Positions 25,837-32,000 of a stretch of 32,000 nucleotides of DNA are shown in pieces. The stretch's first letter is position 1; each line of letters opens with the position of its first letter. The notes under the pieces were generated by a model. That model saw only the letters and a list, made by a program, of their open reading frames with translations. It did no database searches and was not told the DNA's origin. Source of the stretch: Microcystis aeruginosa NIES-843. GTDB lineage: Bacteria > Cyanobacteriota > Cyanobacteriia > Cyanobacteriales > Microcystaceae. A program made the translations under genes and the position numbers. The stretch covers positions 3,240,001-3,272,000 of the forward strand of contig NC_010296.1 of the NCBI RefSeq assembly GCF_000010625.1. The letters run 5' to 3'.

Positions 25837-26286
25837 TTATTGATTGTCTGTATCGGGAAACCACTGTTTCTCAAGAATTTGTGTCAGAGAGTAGGGGCAA
25901 ATTATCGGTAAATTTTTTAATCCTGTCTTTTTTTCGGCAATTAAGCGGGCATTTTCATAGATATTGTCTAACTCTAGTTCTAGAAATTTGCTTAAATCGG
26001 TGGTGAGCTTATCTTCTAATTGTACTCGAAAAGTGATAATCTCTGCCGCCCAATGATTACTATTTATTTCTCTTTCTGTTGTCCAAAATTGATAGATTAG
26101 GAGATGGATTATTATCGATAAAATTAAACTTTTAACAGTAGTTTTTTCGCTTCGTCCCCAAGCTGCCAACTCCTCGATTAAATGTTCGTAATCTACCCGA
26201 TCAAACTGACGATTTTTTAATAACTCGATCGTCTCGCTTAACCAGCGATCGTACTCCCGTTCATAAAGCTGTTCTAAAGCAAGCAT
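25837..26286 (-). CDS. DUF29-family protein
   Basis: LYEREYDRWLSETIELLKNRQFDRVDYEHLIEEL...GRSEK matches the DUF29 N-terminal pattern (LYE.D...W...QA.LL+....+.+D..NLIEE+E.+GRSE+). Confidence 0.7.
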   Translation of the reverse strand: MLALEQLYEREYDRWLSETIELLKNRQFDRVDYEHLIEELAAWGRSEKTTVKSLILSIIIHLLIYQFWTTEREINSNHWAAEIITFRVQLEDKLTTDLSKFLELELDNIYENARLIAEKKTGLKNLPIICPYSLTQILEKQWFPDTDNQ

Positions 26287-26484
26287 TGTCTTTGATCAAA
26301 TGGCGACATGATTAAAAATAACCCGTACCTAGGAATGATAGCATAAAAGATACGGTTGATTAGTGTAAATATTTTTGAATTAATGATGATGACAGTCAAA
26401 AATGCTTGACCCTTAGGTAAAAAAAAGGTTAAATTATGGTTAGGCTGAGAACATGATCCACACATCCTAGATAATGAGGCTATC

Positions 26485-27573
26485 ATGGAAATCGATAAAC
26501 TCAAAGAAATTGCCCAAAAAGTTGAAACCTCTCGTTCTCAAATCCAAAACGAACAGGCAACCAAAACAGCTTTTATTATGCCTTTTTTGCAAGCATGGGG
26601 TTACGATGTGTTCAATCCCATGGAAGTTCATCCCGAATATAGTGCCGATTTAACTGGATTAAAAGGGGAAAAAGTAGATTATGCTATTTGTTTGGACAAT
26701 CAACCGATTATTTTGATGGAATGTAAAAGCTGTCATCAAAATCTTGAGCATCCTAAACATAGTTCCCAACTGCATCGATATTTTAATGCAACTGGAGCTA
26801 ACTTTGGAGTTTTAACTAATGGAATTATCTATCGGTTTTATACGGATATCGTCAAGGATAATATCATGGACAATAAGCCATTTTTTGAGTTTAACATTCT
26901 CGACTTTGACGACTCTTCTGTTAACGAATTAAAACGTTTTTCTAAATCTAGCTTTAATTCTGACGAACTAGAAGAGGTTGCTCGCAATTTATTGTACACA
27001 AAAGAAGTTAAAAAAGTGATTGCCCAGCAATTAAATGATCCTTCCCCCGAATTTGTTAAGTTTTTTGTTAGTCATGTGTATTCTGGAGTGAGAACTGCAT
27101 TGGTTGTTGAAAAATTCACAGAAATTATTAAGCATTCTCTCAAAGAGTATATCAATGATATCATCAAAAAAACTGGACAAAATCCTCCTGATACACCAGC
27201 AGGAGAAGATCCTCCACCAGAAGAACCAGAGGAACATGGAATTAATCCCGAAAAACTGGAAGTATTTTACATTATTAAATCAATTCTACGGGAAGAAATC
27301 AATACCGCACGGATTCAATACAAAGACACTAGAAGTTATTTTGGTATCAACTTAGATGGAAAAGTAACCAAAACAGTCTGTCGTCTGTGGTTCAAAAAAA
27401 CTGGCAAGAAATCAATCAGTATTCCCGATAACGTCGAAACTGGTAAAGAAGCAAACACAAATATAGACAGTCTTGATGAAATTTATGGATTGGCTGAATT
27501 TCTGAAATCTCGTATCCGCTATCTGACTAAAGATAATTATAAAAGGAAGTCAGAACAAACGGAAAGTATCTAA
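26485..27573 (+). CDS. Stand-alone HsdR-N-terminal-like PD-(D/E)xK nuclease-domain protein
   Basis: ...TKTAFIMPFLQAWGYDV...KVDYAICLDNQPIILMECK...GVLTNGIIYRFY resembles the type I restriction R-subunit N-terminal (HSDR_N) fold with a D...ExK motif. No helicase or methylase partner is seen. Confidence 0.6.
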   Translation: MEIDKLKEIAQKVETSRSQIQNEQATKTAFIMPFLQAWGYDVFNPMEVHPEYSADLTGLKGEKVDYAICLDNQPIILMECKSCHQNLEHPKHSSQLHRYFNATGANFGVLTNGIIYRFYTDIVKDNIMDNKPFFEFNILDFDDSSVNELKRFSKSSFNSDELEEVARNLLYTKEVKKVIAQQLNDPSPEFVKFFVSHVYSGVRTALVVEKFTEIIKHSLKEYINDIIKKTGQNPPDTPAGEDPPPEEPEEHGINPEKLEVFYIIKSILREEINTARIQYKDTRSYFGINLDGKVTKTVCRLWFKKTGKKSISIPDNVETGKEANTNIDSLDEIYGLAEFLKSRIRYLTKDNYKRKSEQTESI

Positions 27574-27582
27574 AATAATTAG

Positions 27583-27614
27583 CCCCTATCTCTTTAATGA
27601 CCGATAGGGGTTTT
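27583..27614 (+). terminator. Rho-independent terminator
   Basis: cccctatc-N12-gatagggg followed by tttt, 10 nt after the stop codon at 27573. Confidence 0.7.
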
Positions 27615-27682
27615 CAATGATATAATTTTTAGTAATCGCTGATTATGGTTGTAAAATTTTATCTAGGGATAGAAAGTTACGG

Positions 27683-29284
27683 TTAGGGACTTCCAGAGAA
27701 TAAAATACCCAACAAAAAAATAGAAAAGTGTTTTTTTGAAAAAGTAATTATTTTTGTCTAGGAAAACAAAGAGTCTCCCATTACAACCTATTTTTCCGAA
27801 AAAATAGGCAGCACAAACTCTTATACTTCCGAGCTTTTTCGAGTATAACAAGGACAAGTTAAAGAATCAAAGACAGTTTTTAGCTAACCATCTTAGTTAA
27901 CTACAAACTAGGTCTTATCATAATAGATATCAATAAACCATTGTCCCAAATCGGGAAAGTCTTGATTCGTTGATTCTGTGAGACGTTCGATTTTTTCTTC
28001 GATTTTTTCCATGGCTTTTTTAGTAAGCTTTACTCCTTTTTCATAAGTTTCAGTAATCAACTTAACAATCGGGTGTTTTCCTTTCCAAGTCATAGTTTGG
28101 GCGAATTTCAAAGCCGTTTCGATTTCATCTAAAATACTCCCATTCCAAGGGTTTTCTAACACAGCCCAGGTTCGTTCAATAGGATTATATTTACTATGGT
28201 AAGGGGGATAGTAAGCTAAACGTATATTAACTTGATATTTTTGGGAAAACTCAACTATACGTTTCATGAACTGAGTTCGTCTCGAATTATTTTCTGGTCC
28301 ATTATCTTGATTAATTATCAAAGTTTTAATTTTCTCAAAACGAGATTTTTCCGACTCCCAGAAATCTTCTAATATATCAACAATAAAGTCACTGGTGACT
28401 GTGGAGGCAGTGAAATACAAAAACAACTCATCAAATTCTGGAATAAATATTCCGTAAGGGGTTAGGGTTGTTTTCGGATTAAAATCATGATCGTTTGTTT
28501 CGACAGTTATTCTATTCTTACCTCCTCGATCAAATAGTCCAATATTAACACGGGCTTTGGCATCCAAACTAAGACGTAACATCGTAGGGTCTTCATCCGC
28601 TTCCCGATTAATGTTAGCTAATTCCTCAAAGATTGCCTCGGTTTCTGGAATTTTTTTTGAGGTAAAACTTTAGCGACTCTTTTCAGACGATAACCTAAGT
28701 TATTTAATTTAACCCGAATAGTTTCCTCGCTCGGTAAATCCTCATCACTGTACCCATATTTAGAGATTAATTGCTTTCGGACTTCGGCCGCACTCAGTCT
28801 CACATAAAGCCTTTGGCTTTTAAAACTTGGGTCAGTTTGGCTTTGAGAATCCACTAAACTTTTGATGTTTTCCAATAGAAAAGGTAAATGTTCTTCTGCT
28901 TTTTTCCGCCCCTTAGCTGAATGATTATCAACACAAATAATACCTCTTTTTAGTTCTTTAATTCCTTTACGAATAGTAGTTCGATTCCAGCCTAACTCCT
29001 GTGCAGCAAGGGTTTGTCCCCCATAGCCTAATTCTAAGACTGTTTGGGCCATGAATCTTCTTTTAGCTGCACCTTTTAATTGAAGTGCAGTTTCACTGAG
29101 CAATTTCTTGAGGGAATCAGTTAATTCCATATACACTTACAAAGAAAAACTTGATTAATAATGTACAGGATTAATTCTACTACAAAATTGGAAGGAGGAG
29201 GCAACCATCGACCCCTACCTCCTACACTCCGAGAATGATTATTATTCTTGAGCATGAATAGTTTATTTTTTGGAAGTCCCTTAA
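27683..29284 (-). mobile_element. ISAzo13-like (IS630-superfamily DDE) insertion sequence, about 1.6 kb
   Basis: Inverted ends ttagggacttccagagaat (27683...) and attttttggaagtcccttaa (...29284). It encloses the split transposase. Confidence 0.65.
27908..29136 (-). pseudogene. ISAzo13-like transposase in two frames, with the shift at an A8 run (plus-strand T8 at 28652-28659)
   Basis: ORF 28618..29136 (HTH-like N-terminus ...GGQTLAAQELGWNRTTIRKGIKEL...) ends ...LPQKKFQKPRQ*. The -1 frame continues KKIPETEAIFEELANINREADEDPTMLRLSLDAKA... into ORF 27908..28582 (DDE domain: INQDNGPEN, YNPIER). Confidence 0.7.
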
Positions 29285-29469
29285 TAAGTGGTCAGGCAAA
29301 GGAGACAGGATATCCGAACATTATAGTAAAAGTTTTCTCTCCAGTTAAGGTCAAAAAATTCTAGCTGGGAGTTATCGAAGTGTAATTAAGCTTGACACAG
29401 TCAAATTAAGGTGTTACCATATTGGGCATGATTTGTGCAGATGTTAAAATTTTTGTTGTGCGGTAGTCT

Positions 29470-30534
29470 ATGAATTTAACAAATTTACCAATGTCTCTTG
29501 ATGAGGTGCCTTTACCTAGTTCTTTGCCGCCAGTTATTTTAATAGTTTTTACTCGTCCCGATCTACTCAAGGAAGTTTTAAAGGGTTTAACCCAACAGAC
29601 TCTATTTCCTCATCAGATCATTGCCTATGTGGATGGAGCAAGAAATGAACTTGATCTACCCCTGATTGATCAAACAATTGCTTTACTGCAAGAGTTCTCT
29701 AGTAAAATTCCAGTAGATATAAGGTTACGGTCACAAAATTTGGGCTGTGATCAAAATGTCATTTTGTCCTTGACAGAAGTCCTATCCACTTATGAATCTG
29801 TTGTTTACTTGGAAGATGATAACTTTCCCAATCCATATTTTTATGATAGGATGTGCCGTCTATTAGAGGCATACCGTGAACATAAAAAAATCTTTTCGAT
29901 TAGCGGATATGCAGCCTTTCCAGAGCAAGCATATCATTTGATCGAAGAGGATTTTGCTCTTTCTCGTAGAGTTTTTTCTTGGGGATTCGGTATCTGGGCC
30001 GATCGCTGGAATGATATCGCTCTCATCAATCAGCCAAAACAATATAATCCTTTTGGAAAATTCTATAATATACCCGCCACCGTGCAAACAAAAATGACTA
30101 TAATAAACCAGTTCTGGCTAGAGAGAAATGAGCAAACTGACTGGGTTATTACTCTTACTCTTGCATCTTTGTATCAAAATCGGGTTCACCTTATTCCCAA
30201 AACTTCTTTGATCTATAATATAGGTTTTGGACACCCAGAATCTAAAACCTATAAAGGGAAAGAAGCATCATGGGTAAACTCTGCCTATAGTTCCTCATTC
30301 CGCCCCAATAGCTTACCTAGCAGTCTTGAGTTAATTGACCTTTTAAAAAATGAGATTAGTGGCATAGAATTGGCGCATTACCTGTATCGCAAGGGTATTG
30401 CTATTAATTTAGAAGCACTATTTTACTACCTAAAAAAATATCGTGACATTCAAAGTCGCCTAGAATTTGTGAAGCTATTTATGGCTCACTCTCCCTTTAG
30501 TTTGAAAAGAATTCGCCTTCGCCTAGGTTTATAG
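29470..30534 (+). CDS. GT-A fold glycosyltransferase, GnT-I (GT13)-like with an EDD motif
   Basis: N-terminal PVILIVFTRPDLLKEVLKGL...IIAYVDG and VVYLEDDNFPNPYFYDRM recall the GnT-I pattern (...IACDR...; EDDLEVAPDFFEYF). Confidence 0.5.
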   Translation: MNLTNLPMSLDEVPLPSSLPPVILIVFTRPDLLKEVLKGLTQQTLFPHQIIAYVDGARNELDLPLIDQTIALLQEFSSKIPVDIRLRSQNLGCDQNVILSLTEVLSTYESVVYLEDDNFPNPYFYDRMCRLLEAYREHKKIFSISGYAAFPEQAYHLIEEDFALSRRVFSWGFGIWADRWNDIALINQPKQYNPFGKFYNIPATVQTKMTIINQFWLERNEQTDWVITLTLASLYQNRVHLIPKTSLIYNIGFGHPESKTYKGKEASWVNSAYSSSFRPNSLPSSLELIDLLKNEISGIELAHYLYRKGIAINLEALFYYLKKYRDIQSRLEFVKLFMAHSPFSLKRIRLRLGL

Positions 30535-30558
30535 TTTAGTAGATACTTAATAGAAAAT

Positions 30559-31518
30559 ATGAATAGCTCTAGAAAATTTCTGATTTGTAAAGGTTCCTCT
30601 GGCATGGGAAACCGAATTCTGGCCGCCTGTGGTGCAATAATCTATAGTGAAATTAGTAATCGCCAGTTAGTTATTGATTGGCGGGATAATACTTATTGTC
30701 ATGACGATATCAACTCCTTCCCTCTATTTTTTAACTGTCCAAAGACCGTTTCAGTAGAATCTATACCTGATACCAAGTCTGTCTATCCTGAGATATGGAT
30801 TGATAAGTTAGATCAATCTTTTGGTGGACTAAGAAAAGATTTAAGGATTTCGGATCAATCTATGTCGGTTGAATTATCTAGAACAAATTATGAGAGTGAG
30901 ATTCTGGTTTTCTGTGCCTATACTCATAAAATCAACCAGATGAGACAACTTTTTCATGGGAAGTTCGATTACTTGGCAAAAATGGATGATCGTACTATTA
31001 TCAAACAGGTATTAAACTCTCATCTAAGCCTGAAACCTGAAATTATTCAGTCTATCGAAGATTTCCGATCATCTTACTTTGGAGTGAATACCCTAGGCGT
31101 TCATGTCAGATACACAGACATGAAGATTCCTTTAGATAAGCTAATTACTAATACTAAAAAAATCAACAAAAACAATAAATTTAACAGCATTTTCTTGGCT
31201 ACAGATTCTCAAGAAGTTGTTGAAAAATTTCAAGAGGAGTTCCCAAATATTATCACCACACCAAAATGGTTTCCACCATCGGGAGAAAGAATGCACCAGA
31301 ACTGGGATCAATGTCCTGATCGCGTTCAAAATGGCATAGAAGCATTAATGGATATGTATTTGTTAGCCAGTTGTAATGATTTGATTTTTTCTTCACAGTC
31401 CTCCTTTGGTTTAGTGGCATCAATCCTAAGTAAAGCCAGTAAACAACATCTCCACGATGTGAATTCTTCTTCATTCATTGAAAAAGTAAAAGCGAAAATT
31501 AGAGGTATTGCCAAATAG
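30559..31518 (+). CDS. NodZ-family (GT23-like) alpha-1,6-fucosyltransferase homologue
   Basis: It aligns by eye with rhizobial NodZ: KFLICKGSSGMGNRI...RQLVIDWRDNTYC (NodZ RFVISRRRTGFGDCL...RTLVIDWRGSCY), LGVHVRYTD (IGVHVRHGN), IFLATDSQEVVEKF (VFLCTDSAQVLDQV), GIEALMDMYLLASC (GASALIDMYLLARC). Confidence 0.75.
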   Translation: MNSSRKFLICKGSSGMGNRILAACGAIIYSEISNRQLVIDWRDNTYCHDDINSFPLFFNCPKTVSVESIPDTKSVYPEIWIDKLDQSFGGLRKDLRISDQSMSVELSRTNYESEILVFCAYTHKINQMRQLFHGKFDYLAKMDDRTIIKQVLNSHLSLKPEIIQSIEDFRSSYFGVNTLGVHVRYTDMKIPLDKLITNTKKINKNNKFNSIFLATDSQEVVEKFQEEFPNIITTPKWFPPSGERMHQNWDQCPDRVQNGIEALMDMYLLASCNDLIFSSQSSFGLVASILSKASKQHLHDVNSSSFIEKVKAKIRGIAK

Positions 31519-31591
31519 TTTGTACGAGCAATTAACCCGAACCAACCTTAATGATGTCTATGCCATGGCAAACTTGGGGAGTTACCAACTA

Positions 31592-32000
31592 ATGCTTAAT
31601 TCTCTCAATCGCCTTTTCTCGCCTTTAGTATCTAGCGTTTTACATACCATAATTATCTCCGGTTGTCAAGGTGCAAATGTATTAACTTCGGCGAATAATT
31701 CCCAGAGAAATCAATGGCAAAAAGTGACCGTAATCGAGGGTTTAGAGCATCCTTGGTCGATGGTTTGGCTACCTAACGGGGAAATCCTCATCACAGAGCG
31801 CCCCGGTCGTTTAAGAGTAGTTAGAGAGGGCAAATTAGACCCAAAAGCCATCGCTGGAGTTCCCGAAGTTTTTGCCGTCGGACAAGGAGGACTGCTCGAT
31901 GTGGCAATTCATCCCCAATTTGCCCAAAATCGCTGGATTTATCTAACTTATGCCCACGGAGACCAGGAGGCTAATCGTACCCGCGTCGCTCGTGCGGTTT
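31592..32000 (+). CDS. PQQ-dependent sugar (glucose/sorbosone) dehydrogenase-like lipoprotein, N-terminal part (3' end outside window)
   Basis: The ORF is open to the window end. Lipobox IISGC. ...GLEHPWSMVWLPNGEILITERPGRLRVV...VFAVGQGGLLDVAIHPQF..NRWIYLTYA is typical of the GSDH/YliI family. An alternative ATG lies at 31565. Confidence 0.8.
   Translation, partial: MLNSLNRLFSPLVSSVLHTIIISGCQGANVLTSANNSQRNQWQKVTVIEGLEHPWSMVWLPNGEILITERPGRLRVVREGKLDPKAIAGVPEVFAVGQGGLLDVAIHPQFAQNRWIYLTYAHGDQEANRTRVARAV

Noticed and set aside
26274-26504. 76-aa reverse-strand ORF, and the 64-aa ORF at 27663..27857
   Set aside because: They are AT-rich intergenic or IS-end sequence with implausible composition and no ribosome-binding site.

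Overview
This looks like a cyanobacterial chromosome segment. It has many GCGATCGC (HIP1) sites, psaK, an nblS/hik33-type kinase, pxcA/cemA, heptanucleotide STRR-like arrays and GGTTGGGTT...AACCCAAC hairpin repeats. The repeat load resembles Microcystis, but that is inference. Housekeeping genes occupy about 8.1-25.8 kb: psaK, trpF, folE plus an SDR, the kinase, a GT4 glycosyltransferase, pxcA, an RND pump, an NhaP-type antiporter and an ABC ATPase. Two accessory regions flank them. The left region (1-8.0 kb) is the most interesting. A parvulin-type PPIase gene tail is followed by a small YgiT/MqsA-like zinc-finger gene, a roughly 470-bp AT-rich spacer, and a short peptide gene that is absent from the ORF track (51-52 aa). 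This module occurs three times: one diverged copy disrupted by an IS110 element, then a 1229-bp tandem repeat. The three peptide genes share an almost identical 44-aa leader ending in a double glycine, but their 7-8 aa tails are unrelated (TMAANFFY, TIGATSFY, RGQWRPR). The last peptide gene abuts a roughly 450-500 aa all-helical TPR protein. I read this as a candidate exported-peptide system, either a RiPP or bacteriocin precursor or a peptide-signal/TPR-receptor pair, whose cassettes are being reshaped by mobile elements. Caveat: the first two tails end inside the antisense of an ISL3 transposase remnant and may be junction artefacts. Other notable items: a frameshifted IS110 with a structured 5' leader (bridge-RNA candidate); a 188-bp ISL3-derived MITE in four copies; a toxin/immunity-like two-gene cassette bracketed by hairpin repeats; an ORF-less group II intron (GUGCG 5' end, canonical domain V) inside (CCCCACA)n arrays; a split ISAzo13-like transposase with an A8 slippery run; and an AT-rich glycosyltransferase islet with GnT-I-like and NodZ-like enzymes. 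All protein calls rest on motifs I recognise by eye. No database search was possible.
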